Positions 1 to 9,741 of a DNA stretch of 64,000 nt are shown here, one piece after another. The DNA is from Pseudomonadota bacterium. Lineage in GTDB: Bacteria; Myxococcota; JACRCW01; JAFGSX01. The notes beneath the pieces were generated by a model. The model searched no databases. It was given only the letters and a program-made list of their open reading frames with translations, and had not been told where the DNA came from. How positions within the stretch are numbered: position 1 is the first letter of the stretch; every line of letters begins with the position of its first letter. Where the stretch lies: NCBI GenBank assembly GCA_043821645.1, contig JBDRCO010000068.1, positions 192,001 through 256,000 of the forward strand, written 5' to 3'. Position numbers and translations under genes: made by a program.

Positions 1-888
1 CATGTCGAAGGCGAGCTGGCGAGCCGGATAGCCCGGTGCCAGCCGACATTCTATTTTTGCGCGGTCGCGCGCCAGACGCGGGCCCAGGGTGCACTGGCTG
101 TGGGTCAGCGTCGTGAGTGCCGGCTGGGCCGTGTGACTGCGGCTGTGGGACGCGGCTCGCGCCCACGAGCGCGCGGTGTTGTCGCGCAGACTGTCCGCGG
201 GCGCCACCTGTTGAAAGCCATCGAGCAAGGCCAGGGCCCGATCGACCACCTCGCCAGCCTCGCGCCCCTCGCTCACGGCGCGAAGCTCGAAGCTCACCGG
301 GCGCACTGTCGCCACCTCGAGCAGCAGGCCCGGATCCGGCGCTTCCGCTCTCAGCACACCGCCCACATCGAGGACTGGAGCACCCGCGTTGATCCCTGGC
401 CAGGTGCCGGCCACGAAATCGCGACCACAGCTCGCGCTGCCATCGCCACCGAGAAAGACTGCCACCACGCGCTGGCTCGCATCGCTGCGCCGCGATGCCT
501 GCGACACCGCCGCGGCGACGAGCGCTGCACGCCACAGCAGCCGGGCAGGCTCACCCGCTTGCAGCTCCCTGTCATCGGGCGGATCCGGGCAGGCCGTGAC
601 CTCGGCCACCAGTACGGCGGCGATGGGCAGGCTGCGAGGGCCGCTGTGGGCGACGGTGTAGCCTCCCTCGACCCCGGCGGGGTGAAACTCCGCGTCCAGC
701 CCGCGCGCGCGCAGCATGTCGGCCAGGTGACGGGCGACCCGGCCTCCCTGGCAGGCCCGGGTACCGCGCAACCAGCCCGCCAGCTCGTCGCGATCCCTGC
801 GCGCCTGGGCCCTGGCCGCCTCGAGGTCGGGGCCAGCCATGGGCGTGGCGGCGAGCGTGGCAGCCAGTACCAGCGAGGTGACGATCAT
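1..888 (-). CDS. Partial exported protein (runs off the left edge), possibly a degenerate M20 peptidase-like fold
   Basis: ATG at 888 overlaps the recG stop (ATGA). Frame is open to base 1. Signal-like MIVTSLVLAATLAATPMA; later AKIECRLAPG resembles the M20 dimerisation-domain motif. Not in the ORF track because it lacks a stop. Confidence 0.6.
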   Translation of the reverse strand, partial: MIVTSLVLAATLAATPMAGPDLEAARAQARRDRDELAGWLRGTRACQGGRVARHLADMLRARGLDAEFHPAGVEGGYTVAHSGPRSLPIAAVLVAEVTACPDPPDDRELQAGEPARLLWRAALVAAAVSQASRRSDASQRVVAVFLGGDGSASCGRDFVAGTWPGINAGAPVLDVGGVLRAEAPDPGLLLEVATVRPVSFELRAVSEGREAGEVVDRALALLDGFQQVAPADSLRDNTARSWARAASHSRSHTAQPALTTLTHSQCTLGPRLARDRAKIECRLAPGYPARQLAFDM

Positions 889-3041
889 CCACTCCTCATC
901 AGCTCGAGACTGGCGCGGAAGCGACCCTCGAGCGCCCGGCGCATCGGCGCGTGCTCGGGCCGTTCCAGCCTCGGATCCGCGGCCACCACCTCGATGGCCA
1001 CGCGGCGCGCCTGCTCGAGCAGGGCTCCGTGCTTGACCACGTCGGCAAACACGAAGCTGGGCAGCCCCGCCTGCTTTGTGCCGGTCAGGTCGCCGGGGCC
1101 GCGGATGGCCAGGTCCTCCTCGGCAATGCGAAAGCCGTCGCTCGAGGCCTCCATGACCTTGAGCCGGCGCCAGGCATCGGCACCACCCGCCCCGCCATGC
1201 ACCAGCACGCAGCTCGAGGCGCTGCGACCGCGGCCCACCCGCCCACGCAGCTGATGCAGCTGCGACAGGCCAAAACGCTCGGCGTTGTGCACCACCATCA
1301 GCGTGGCCTCGGGCACGTCGATGCCAACCTCGATCACGGTGGTGGCGACGAGAATCCGGCTGTGCCCCTCGGCAAAAGCAGCCATGGCGGCTTCCTTTTC
1401 GGATCCCACCATGCGGCCATGCACCAGGGCCACGCCCGCCTGGGGAAAGCGGCCGCGCATGGTCTCGGCACCGGCGGTGGCGTCGGCCAGATCCAGATTC
1501 TCGCTCTCCTCCACCAGGGGGTAGACCACGAAGATCCGGCCCCCACGCTGCAGCTCGGCGTCCATGCGCAGGTGCAGGTGGTCCTCGGCCTGCGCGGACA
1601 CCAGCTCCGTGTGCACGGGCCTTCGCCCAGGCGGCATCTCGTCGAGAACAGAGAGCGAAAGATCGCCATACAAGGTCATGGCCAGGGAGCGCGGGATGGG
1701 GGTCGCGGTCATGACCAGCTGGTGCGGGATCGCGCGCGCGTCCCCCTCGCCCAGGCGCGGGCCGCGGCCAGCCAGGGTGGTTCGCTGCACCACGCCAAAG
1801 CGATGCTGCTCATCGATGATCACCAGACCCAGCGCGGCAAACTCGACGTCGGGCTGCAACAGGGCGTGGGTCCCGACCACCACCTGCACAGCACCGCTGC
1901 TCAGATCGTGCAACAGGGCACGCCGTTCACGAACCCGGGCCGATCCGGTGAGCGCGGCCACCCGCACCTGGGCCCCTTCGAGCAGGACGCGCAAGGTGCG
2001 CAGGTGCTGCTCTGCCAGGATCTCGGTCGGCACCAGGATGGCACTTTGCAGCCCAGCCCGCGCCACCGCCGCCATGGCCACAGCCGCAGCTGCCGTCTTG
2101 CCACTGCCCACGTCGCCCTGCAGCAGCCTGGCCATGGGCTTGGGCTGCGCGAGGTCGCCACCGATCTCATCGAGCACCCGCAGCTGGGCCCGGGTTGGAG
2201 AAAAGGGCAGCAGTTGCTGCGCCAGCTCCGGCAGGGTTGGACTGGCAGGGATGGCGGGCGCGGGTTCGGCGCGCATGCTGGCGCGGCGTTGCAGCAGGGC
2301 CACCTGCAGCAGCAGGAACTCGTCGAAGGCCAGACGCTTGTGATGCAGCGAGCGGCCCTCGACCAGGGCCTGCACGTCGTCGTCAGCGGTGGGTCTGTGC
2401 AGGTGCGCCAGGGCCTCCTGCAGCGGGGGCAGCTCCAGGCGCGCGAGGAGAGCTGGCGGCAGCAGCTCCTCGACCTGTTCCCCGGACAGGTCGACCGCGC
2501 TGAGCACGACGCGCCGTACGCTCTTGCGGTGGATCTTGCCCAGCTCGGGATAGACCCCGATCAGCCCTTGCTCGCGATCCTGGCCAGCCTGGCGCGACAC
2601 CTCGGGGTGCGCCATCTGCCGTGCCCCGCGGTACACGGTCACCAGGCCATAGGCCCACAGCTCCTCGCCGCGCTTGTACTCCATGCGCATGCGGTAGGGA
2701 TTGAAGTTGAAGTAGACCAGGCGCAGCACGCCCGTTCCGTCGTCGATGGCGACCTCGTAGCGCCGACCCCGCCCTCCCCCGGTCATGCCCGCCGCCACCA
2801 CCTGGCCGCGCACGGCGGCGCGCAGGCCAGGCTGGAGCGAGGAGATGGCCTGCTCGCCACGCCTGTCCTCGTAGGTTCGCGGCAGCAGGAACAGCAGGTC
2901 CGCGATCGTGCGCACGCCGCGCTCGGCCAGGCGCTCGGCCATGGCGGGCCCCACGCCCGGCACTGCGCGCACCGAGGCATCCAGTCCCTGGGCAGGGTCC
3001 TTGGGCGTGGAGTCGGCCTGCCGTGACGTCGGGCGCGCCAT
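885..3041 (-). CDS. recG: ATP-dependent DNA helicase RecG
   Basis: RLLQGDVGSGKT, DEQHRFGV, MTATPIPRSL, ERFGLSQLHQLRGRVGRG, DGFRIAEEDLAIRGPG; N-terminal wedge/OB region. Confidence 0.97.
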   Translation of the reverse strand: MARPTSRQADSTPKDPAQGLDASVRAVPGVGPAMAERLAERGVRTIADLLFLLPRTYEDRRGEQAISSLQPGLRAAVRGQVVAAGMTGGGRGRRYEVAIDDGTGVLRLVYFNFNPYRMRMEYKRGEELWAYGLVTVYRGARQMAHPEVSRQAGQDREQGLIGVYPELGKIHRKSVRRVVLSAVDLSGEQVEELLPPALLARLELPPLQEALAHLHRPTADDDVQALVEGRSLHHKRLAFDEFLLLQVALLQRRASMRAEPAPAIPASPTLPELAQQLLPFSPTRAQLRVLDEIGGDLAQPKPMARLLQGDVGSGKTAAAAVAMAAVARAGLQSAILVPTEILAEQHLRTLRVLLEGAQVRVAALTGSARVRERRALLHDLSSGAVQVVVGTHALLQPDVEFAALGLVIIDEQHRFGVVQRTTLAGRGPRLGEGDARAIPHQLVMTATPIPRSLAMTLYGDLSLSVLDEMPPGRRPVHTELVSAQAEDHLHLRMDAELQRGGRIFVVYPLVEESENLDLADATAGAETMRGRFPQAGVALVHGRMVGSEKEAAMAAFAEGHSRILVATTVIEVGIDVPEATLMVVHNAERFGLSQLHQLRGRVGRGRSASSCVLVHGGAGGADAWRRLKVMEASSDGFRIAEEDLAIRGPGDLTGTKQAGLPSFVFADVVKHGALLEQARRVAIEVVAADPRLERPEHAPMRRALEGRFRASLELMRSG

Positions 3042-3101
3042 GGCGCACAGCCTAGCCCGAAATGATCAGCAGATCATCTCCTGCGAGCGCCTGTCTCGTC
3101 G

Positions 3102-3584
3102 TCACTCTGCGGCGAGGTAGACCCCACGCGTGCTGGCCACGATGGGAAGCCCCGAGCCGTAAATGGTCAGCTCGGCCGCGCGGTCCTCGCCGTCGAACCA
3201 CAGCACAAAGCGCCCGCCCGCGAACACGCCCTGGTCGAGCTCAAAGCGCAGGCGCCCGAGTTCGTCGTCGGCACGCTCCCCACCCAGGGGATCCCCGCCG
3301 TCGCGGTTGATCAGGTGGACCCGCGTGTCGCCGTCGAGGAACTCGACCTGGTAGCGGCGCAGAGGATCGAGCGGGACGTACAGCGACTCGTCCAGCTCGT
3401 CCTGCGGCAAGCCGACCCCGGCCTGTCCCATGCCCGAGGTCCATTCGCGACCCGCCAGGTACAGCCCGTCGCGGGTCAGATCCTGAGCCAGTGCTTCCCG
3501 CCGCTGTGCGGTCGAATCCTCGATGTCCATGCCGCAGGCAGAGCCAAGGAGCAGGAGCGCGAGGATGCTGAGCAGTCGTTTCAT
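3102..3584 (-). CDS. Hypothetical lipoprotein
   Basis: MKRLLSILALLLLGSAC lipobox; GGAGG RBS; sigma54-type promoter upstream. Confidence 0.8.
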   Translation of the reverse strand: MKRLLSILALLLLGSACGMDIEDSTAQRREALAQDLTRDGLYLAGREWTSGMGQAGVGLPQDELDESLYVPLDPLRRYQVEFLDGDTRVHLINRDGGDPLGGERADDELGRLRFELDQGVFAGGRFVLWFDGEDRAAELTIYGSGLPIVASTRGVYLAAE

Positions 3585-3625
3585 GGAACCTCCGGAGGAT
3601 CAGGCGTTGCTGCACCAGCCTGGCA

Positions 3626-3640
3626 GCAGCTCCCGTGCCA
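3626..3640 (-). promoter_or_regulatory. Sigma54 -24/-12 promoter for the 3584 lipoprotein gene
   Basis: Minus strand TGGCACG-GGAG-CTGC matches TGGCACG-N4-TTGC; AT-rich tract at about 3655-3690 just upstream (IHF-like). Confidence 0.75.
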
Positions 3641-3782
3641 CAGCGAGCCGCCAGTGTTAATTTATGATATTGTTAAGGTAATTAGATCGCGCCCAAGTTC
3701 GGATTCGCCTCAGAAATGCCAGTCATCAGGATTCCACTGTGGGAAAACCAAGGCCCGATGTCGCGCACGAATCGATCAACCC

Positions 3783-4988
3783 TCAGTGCGTGGCCAGCCA
3801 CTGCCGGATCTTGTAGTCCTCGTCGGCACCACCGAGTTCGATGTAGCGGGTCAGGTGATACTTGGTCTTCTGGACATTGTTCTCGCGGTTGTAGATCCGC
3901 GCCAGCACGCGATGCGGCGGGTAGAAGCGGGGGTCGTAGCGGATGGCCTTGAGCAAAGATTCCCTGGCGCCGGCCAGGTCGTTCTTCTTGTAGAGGGCCT
4001 GCCCCTCCTTGAACAGCTTGTCTGCCAGCTGCTCACGATCGCGTTGCCCCAGGGCCTCGGGTGCGGGGTCGCCGGGCTTGTTGCTGGCAGCGTTCCGCGA
4101 GGCTGCCTTGTCCTTGGCCGCCTTGTCCCTGGTATCGGTCACCCGCTTCATGGCGTCGGCAACGCGTTCATCCCCCGGTACCATGACCGCGAGTACCTGC
4201 AGCCGCGAGTCGGCCGCGTCGAAGTTGCCCACGTCGAGCAGGGCCTCGACCTCCTGGAAGATCGCGTCCGCCCGCGCCTTGAGCGTGGCCTCGCTATCGT
4301 CGGGCTGCGGATCGGCCGCCGGCTCCGGCTTGACCAGCGCGACGGTGAGCTGCCGACCGCCCTTGGGAACGTCGATGATCTGGGACACCGGATTGTAGCC
4401 CTCGAGGCTGAGACTCACCGTGTGGCGGCCTGGTTCCATGGCGAGGACCAGTGGCGTGTCTCCGTTGATGACCCCGTCGATCTCGACCCTGGCCCCCGAC
4501 GGAGCCGTGGTGACCGCGAGCTGTGTCGGCTCGGGCCACAGCACCACGGTGAGCACGGCCGCCAGCAGGACCAGCAGCCCGCCCAGAGCGATGAGCGCGG
4601 CGAGCAAGCCGCGATTTCCTGCCGCCACGGGTGTCGCGGAGTCGCGGCGGACCTGCTGGGTCTGACCGTCGGCACCGATACGTCCGCGGTCGTAGTGGGC
4701 CTTGGTCTCCTTGAGGGCGCTCTGGACCTCTTCCTTGCTCAGGAGCTTGGTGCTGCTGGCGTCGGAGAGCGTGGCTCCGAGTTCCTCGGGTGGGGGCAGG
4801 TCGTCGCCGAGTTCCTCGCGCAGGCTCTCGACGTCCAGCATGCAGGTCTCGGCAGACTCGTCGACCGGGACCACGCCGCGCGAGCGCGGATTGTTGGGCT
4901 CGCCGGCAAGCACCAGCAGCTCTCCGTCGTCGGGACAGCGCCCCACGTCGTCGTCAAAGGAGTTCTGGCAATGCGGGCAGATCTTCAT
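3783..4988 (-). CDS. Membrane protein: N-terminal Cys knuckle, TM helix, PEGA domain, C-terminal TPR
   Basis: MKICPHC...RCPDDG; TM LLAALIALGGLLVLLAAVLTVVLW; PEGA-like TAPSGARVEIDG...GDTPL...PGRHTVSLSLEGY; TPR-like helices. Confidence 0.8.
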   Translation of the reverse strand: MKICPHCQNSFDDDVGRCPDDGELLVLAGEPNNPRSRGVVPVDESAETCMLDVESLREELGDDLPPPEELGATLSDASSTKLLSKEEVQSALKETKAHYDRGRIGADGQTQQVRRDSATPVAAGNRGLLAALIALGGLLVLLAAVLTVVLWPEPTQLAVTTAPSGARVEIDGVINGDTPLVLAMEPGRHTVSLSLEGYNPVSQIIDVPKGGRQLTVALVKPEPAADPQPDDSEATLKARADAIFQEVEALLDVGNFDAADSRLQVLAVMVPGDERVADAMKRVTDTRDKAAKDKAASRNAASNKPGDPAPEALGQRDREQLADKLFKEGQALYKKNDLAGARESLLKAIRYDPRFYPPHRVLARIYNRENNVQKTKYHLTRYIELGGADEDYKIRQWLATH

Positions 4989-5089
4989 TGCCGCCACATC
5001 CCCGCTCAGCACCGGCGAACACCGCCGGTCGCCAGGACTATATACGCATGGCGCGCGCCAAGGGTGCGTTCGCGGGCGGCACTAAAACG

Positions 5090-6148
5090 CTAGAACTCAT
5101 CTCCTGCAACCCCGGATGGTGCCGGGGACTTGCCGGGCTCTGGCGATTTTTCACCGAGACCCCGGCCGCGGCCGCCCTTGCGCACCTGCTCCTTGGCGCG
5201 GCGCAGGTTTCCCTTGAGGGTCTTGGCGTGGGCGCCCTTGGGATCCAGGCGCAAGGCCTGCTCCCACACCTTCTCGGCGCGCTCGCCATCCATCAGGAAG
5301 TAGTACGCGTTGCCGAGGAGCGCCAGATCGTGGAAGCGGTTGGACTCCACGTCGATAGCGGCGTTGTACGCTTTGACCGCGTTCACGTAGTCGCGGCGGT
5401 TGTAGTAGATATCGCCGAGCAGGGAGGCAACCTGGGCATTGTCCGCATCGCGCTGCAGGGCCTCGCGAAACAGGCTCTCGGCGCTGAAGTATGCCCCGCT
5501 CGCGTACAGTTCTTTGCCCTGCCGGACCAGGGTCTCCTCGTCGAGGGTCGAGGGATCCTGGTAGGCCGCTCCGGGGCCGAAGCGCGAGGCCAGCCCCTGA
5601 GCCACCTGCGCCGTCACCTGCATCAAGCCCTGGCGCAGCCTCGGGTCCGGGATGTCCTTCTCGACATTGGCGCCGGTGGACTGGGCCACCACCGTCGAAG
5701 CATCCACGGTGGCCCCGACCACCGCAATGAGGTGGTTGTCGGCCTTGGCTCGCACCTCCACCACCAGCCGCAGCGACCACTCATCCGCGGTGGCATCGCG
5801 GGCGTCCACCGATAGATCCTCGGATTGCGCCTCGGGCTGCTGCCCGACATCGTTGATGATGCCCGACACGACGAACTCCCCGCTGCGGTCCTGGTTGTTG
5901 ACGATCTCGAACACTCCGGACTGGGAGAGCTGCTGCTCGAAGTTCCGGCGCACCAGGCCAAGGACCGGGGCCTCGAGCGGCGGAGAGGTGGCCACCAGTG
6001 GAACCAGTTCCACGGCGCGTCGCGCCAGCCGGACCTCGGGTTCGCACACGGGTTGCGGCCGGGTCTCCGGGGCGCTCTTGCAGCTCGCGCCAAGCAGGCT
6101 CGCGAGCAGCGCGCACGCGGCGCCGAGCAGGCACTTCTTGTTCGTCAT
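5090..6148 (-). CDS. TPR-containing lipoprotein
   Basis: LLGASC lipobox; three TPR-like repeats (GKELYASGAYFSAESLFREAL, LGDIYYNRRDYVNAVKAYNAAI, LGNAYYFLMDGERAEKVWEQAL). Confidence 0.8.
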   Translation of the reverse strand: MTNKKCLLGAACALLASLLGASCKSAPETRPQPVCEPEVRLARRAVELVPLVATSPPLEAPVLGLVRRNFEQQLSQSGVFEIVNNQDRSGEFVVSGIINDVGQQPEAQSEDLSVDARDATADEWSLRLVVEVRAKADNHLIAVVGATVDASTVVAQSTGANVEKDIPDPRLRQGLMQVTAQVAQGLASRFGPGAAYQDPSTLDEETLVRQGKELYASGAYFSAESLFREALQRDADNAQVASLLGDIYYNRRDYVNAVKAYNAAIDVESNRFHDLALLGNAYYFLMDGERAEKVWEQALRLDPKGAHAKTLKGNLRRAKEQVRKGGRGRGLGEKSPEPGKSPAPSGVAGDEF

Positions 6149-6227
6149 GCTGCGTATCCTCGTCGATCCATCGCGCATCCGTCCAGCCGGCCGTCAGGCA
6201 CGGCACCACCCGCGCATCGCGCGCGCC

Positions 6228-6719
6228 TCACTTGTACTCGACGGTCTGGATCTCCATCATCCGCACCCCCTTGGGGGTCTGCACCTTGACCTCGTCGCCC
6301 TCCTCCTTGCCGATGAGGGCTCGCGCGATGGGTGACTTGATGGAGATGCTGCCGCGCTCGGCGTTGGCCTCGTCCTCGCCCACGATCTGGTAGGTGACCT
6401 CCTCGTCCGTGTCCAGATCGAGCACGCTGACCGTGGCTCCGAACTTGACCCTGTCGCCGGACAGGGTGGTCGGGTCGATGACCTGGGCCGCCGAGATCTT
6501 GGTCTCGAGTTCGCCGATGCGCGCGGCCAGGAAGCCCTGGCGCTCCTTGGCTGCGTGGTACTCCGCGTTCTCGCTGAGGTCGCCGTGGCTGCGAGCCTCC
6601 TCGATGTCCGCCACGTTGCGAGGTCGCTCCACGCTCTTGAGTTGAAGCAGCTCCTGCTTGAGCGCCTCGTAGCCGCGAACAGTCATGGGGTAGCGCTCCC
6701 CCTGTGACGACGACACCAT
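6228..6719 (-). CDS. greA: Transcription elongation factor GreA
   Basis: ARSHGDLSENAEYHAAKERQ, ISIKSPIARALIGK; GGAGGAG RBS before the ATG at 6719. Confidence 0.96.
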   Translation of the reverse strand: MVSSSQGERYPMTVRGYEALKQELLQLKSVERPRNVADIEEARSHGDLSENAEYHAAKERQGFLAARIGELETKISAAQVIDPTTLSGDRVKFGATVSVLDLDTDEEVTYQIVGEDEANAERGSISIKSPIARALIGKEEGDEVKVQTPKGVRMMEIQTVEYK

Positions 6720-6852
6720 GGTTTCTCCTCCTGTACGGGCCCTGCGTGCTGTCCCGCGACTCCCGGGACGTTCACAACGCCCCACATCCATCGAGGGCGA
6801 ACCTCGACAAGTCTCTCCTCGGCGGCGTGCCCGGTGGGCCGCGACGCTCGTC

Positions 6853-7599
6853 CTAGCGCGGAGCCTGCGTGGGCAGGCGCGCCTGGCGCATCGCGTCGAG
6901 CATGTCGCGCACGGCCCGGTCCAGCCCGTCGAGCACGGCCCGGGCGATGATGGCGTGGCCGATGTTGAGTTCCTCGATCTCGTCGATGGCTGCCACCGGC
7001 CGCACGTTGTCGTAGGTCAGCCCGTGGCCGGCGTACACGGCAAGCCCCAGCCGCTTGGCAGCCTTGGCCACGTCGAGCAGACGGTTGAGCTCTTCTCGAC
7101 GCTCGTCGTGACCGCGCAGGTTGGCGTACTTCCCGGTGTGGAACTCCACGGCCTGGGCGTCGACCTTGTGCGCCGCGCGCAATTGATCGAGGTCGGGCTC
7201 GATGAACAGGCTGACCTTGACATCCGCCTCGCGCAGCGAGCGCACGAAGCGCTTGAGCGAGTCGCGGTGCAGGGCCACGTCGAGGCCGCCCTCGGTGGTC
7301 ACCTCCTCGCGACGCTCGGGCACCAGGGTCACGCTGTCGGGCTTGTGCTCGAAGGCGATCTTGAGCATCTCCTGGGTCGCCGCCATCTCCAGGTTGAGGC
7401 GCGTGGTCACGGTCTGTCGCAGCAGCGCCAGGTCGCGATCCACGATGTGGCGACGATCCTCGCGCAGGTGGATGGTGATCTGCGATGCACCGGCGCGCTC
7501 GGCCGCGAAGGCCGCGTCCACGGGGTCGGGGTAGCGCACGCCCCGGGCATTGCGAAGAGATGCGACGTGGTCGACGTTGACGCCGAGACGGATCGTCAT
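6853..7599 (-). CDS. pdxJ: Pyridoxine 5'-phosphate synthase
   Basis: [52 protein letters not shown]. Confidence 0.97.
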   Translation of the reverse strand: MTIRLGVNVDHVASLRNARGVRYPDPVDAAFAAERAGASQITIHLREDRRHIVDRDLALLRQTVTTRLNLEMAATQEMLKIAFEHKPDSVTLVPERREEVTTEGGLDVALHRDSLKRFVRSLREADVKVSLFIEPDLDQLRAAHKVDAQAVEFHTGKYANLRGHDERREELNRLLDVAKAAKRLGLAVYAGHGLTYDNVRPVAAIDEIEELNIGHAIIARAVLDGLDRAVRDMLDAMRQARLPTQAPR

Positions 7600-7638
7600 G
7601 CGAGCTCCGGTGAGGACGGGAAGGAACCGGCGATTCGG

Positions 7639-8448
7639 CTAGAAGAGCTGGTCCACGTTGGTCTCGATGGTGAAGGTCGCCTTGATCGTGGCCGACATCG
7701 TGCCCTTGCCGTCCGGCTTGGTGATGGGGCCCGTGCCCGGAGGCGGGAAATCCACCACGCTCTGCACGGCGAGGGCCACGTCCAGTTTCTTCAGGGCCTC
7801 GGAGAAGGAGGACTTCCCCGCGTCATCCAGGGCCATGGGGTGCGGCTGCACGTCCGCCGCCGGGATCTCGTCGAGGGTCCCGAACAGGGTGACCCGGCTC
7901 TGCTCGATGAGCTGCTGCGCATCCTCGAGCGCGGCATTCTCGATCCCGGTGCCCACGTAGGTCTTCATCGGCGGCATGGGGTAGGTCAGGGTGTTGTCCT
8001 TGAACTTGACCACCAGGCCCGTGATGGTGACCTTCTTGACCTGCTCGGGGGTGCTGACGCCGACCTCCTGCCCGGGGTTGAAAGAGATGGCCTGCGAGAT
8101 GTCCTTGAGGTCGTCCAGGGCGGGCAGGCTGCCCATCCAGTCCGTCACGTTGAGGGTCTGGCCCTGGTTGCCTGGCCGCGGATCCGGGAGCTGGCGTGGG
8201 ATCGAGGCCGGCAGCGACGGAGGACTGCAGTTCCGGCCGGACTCGGTGGCACACAGTGCGGCCAGCACCAGCTTGTTGTTGTCGTCACTGCCGTCGTTGA
8301 TGCTGGCCTCGAACTTCTGCACCTGGGCTTCCAGATCGATGGTGATCTCTGGAGTCTCGGCCTCATAGGGCACGTCGATCTCGCCGGGGATGCACTCCGC
8401 CCCCATGAACAGAAGTGCGAGAAGCGGGATCCACAGTGTCCTTTTCAT
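7639..8448 (-). CDS. Hypothetical lipoprotein
   Basis: AAGGAG RBS, MKRTLWIPLLALLFMGAEC signal/lipobox-like start, strongly GC3-biased codons. Confidence 0.8.
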   Translation of the reverse strand: MKRTLWIPLLALLFMGAECIPGEIDVPYEAETPEITIDLEAQVQKFEASINDGSDDNNKLVLAALCATESGRNCSPPSLPASIPRQLPDPRPGNQGQTLNVTDWMGSLPALDDLKDISQAISFNPGQEVGVSTPEQVKKVTITGLVVKFKDNTLTYPMPPMKTYVGTGIENAALEDAQQLIEQSRVTLFGTLDEIPAADVQPHPMALDDAGKSSFSEALKKLDVALAVQSVVDFPPPGTGPITKPDGKGTMSATIKATFTIETNVDQLF

Positions 8449-8629
8449 GACGATCTCCTTTTCTGCAGGGGGCAGGCCGCCCTGCGCCGCCGGGTCCGCT
8501 TCGTGTGGAGCGGTTGGTCGGCAATCACTGGTACTGGACCTCATGCGTGCAGCCTCAACAAGGCCGCACGATGTACAACATAGCCCACCTGGGTTCCGCG
8601 CACCACCGCCCGGAGCGTGCTGGAGGGCG

Positions 8630-9679
8630 CTAACGGCCCGGGGCCAGGATCTGCTTCCGAAGACGCTCGGACGCCGTGTAGGGATCTGTGCGCTGTTGCA
8701 GCACCTCCTCGACCACCACGTCGAGGGCTTGTTCTCCACCCAAGCGCCGCAAGGCCTCGGCCCAGATCGCGTCTCGCGTGAGCCGATGCAGCCGTTCCCG
8801 CTCTCGCTGCCGTCGTCGCTGCAACAGGGTTCCCGACTGCTCGAGCCACTCCCAGTGCCCCAGGATCTCCTGTTGCAGCTCGTACAGGCCCTGGCCCTTG
8901 GTCGCCACGGCCTTGAGAACGGGGACCGCCCAGCCGGTGCGTCCGTCGGCGTTATCGGCCGCGACCGCGACAGGTGCGTCGTGGTGCACGGCGGCGTCGA
9001 GCGCTGCGCCACGGCTGGTCAGGTGCACGTCGCCCAGGGCGAGCATCATGCGGATCTCCTGCGACGTGCGATCCGCGCCCTCGCGATCTGCCTTGTTGAT
9101 CACGAACAGGTCCGCGATCTCGAGGATGCCCGCCTTGAGCGCTTGCACCTCGTCACCAAGCCCCGGCACCAGCACCACCAGCGAGGTGTGGGCCGTCCGC
9201 ACCACGTCGATCTCATCCTGCCCCACCCCGACGGTCTCGATGATGACCAGGTCGTGGCCCATGGCGTCGAGGATGGTCACGATGTCGTCGGTGGAGCGGG
9301 ACAACCCCCCCAGGTGACCGCGGGTCGCCACCGAGCGGATGAACACCCCCGGATCCGTGGCGTGGTCCTGCATGCGGATGCGGTCGCCAAGGATCGCGCC
9401 CCCGGTGAACGGGCTGGTGGGGTCTATGGCGACGACGCCGACCCGGTAGCCCTGCTCGCGGTAGATGCGGATCAGGCGGTTGACCAGGGTCGACTTGCCG
9501 GCGCCAGGGTTCCCCGTCACGCCGAGGATGTGGGCACGCCCCGTGCGCGGGTACAGCGCAGCCAGGACCTCGCGGCTGGACGGAATGCCATCGTCGACGT
9601 CGCGCATCAGGCGTGCGGCCAGGCGACGGTCGCCACCACAGATGCGCTGCACAATGCTGTCGAGTTCCTGGTCTGCCAT
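8630..9679 (-). CDS. meaB: Methylmalonyl-CoA mutase-associated GTPase MeaB/ArgK
   Basis: GVTGNPGAGKST, DPTSPFTGGAILGDRIRM, IETVGVGQDE, KAGILEIAD, NKAD. Confidence 0.95.
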   Translation of the reverse strand: MADQELDSIVQRICGGDRRLAARLMRDVDDGIPSSREVLAALYPRTGRAHILGVTGNPGAGKSTLVNRLIRIYREQGYRVGVVAIDPTSPFTGGAILGDRIRMQDHATDPGVFIRSVATRGHLGGLSRSTDDIVTILDAMGHDLVIIETVGVGQDEIDVVRTAHTSLVVLVPGLGDEVQALKAGILEIADLFVINKADREGADRTSQEIRMMLALGDVHLTSRGAALDAAVHHDAPVAVAADNADGRTGWAVPVLKAVATKGQGLYELQQEILGHWEWLEQSGTLLQRRRQRERERLHRLTRDAIWAEALRRLGGEQALDVVVEEVLQQRTDPYTASERLRKQILAPGR

Positions 9680-9741
9680 CGATGCTCTCTCGCTCGGACT
9701 CGAGCGCAGGGGATCGTTTTACGGCCTGTGCCGCTGCCGGT

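Noticed and set aside
690-830. Suspected compensating frameshifts in the 1-888 gene
   Set aside because: A codon-by-codon recount shows a single open frame through this segment.
951-3026. Long ORFs antisense to real genes (also 6718-8583, 10162-11730, 32736-34580, 34544-36739, 43026-45212, 45316-47250, 48329-50455)
   Set aside because: They mirror well-supported genes on the other strand. High GC3 removes antisense stops, and the translations show no motifs.
8449-9012. Upstream extensions given by the ORF track (7639-9012, 17992-19665, 60027-61127, 57736-58359)
   Set aside because: They overlap neighbouring genes or promoters. Downstream ATGs with an RBS, signal peptide or promoter spacing fit better.
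8630-9679. meaB without an adjacent mutase as a novel system
   Set aside because: Separation of meaB from its mutase is common, and nothing nearby suggests a new partner.
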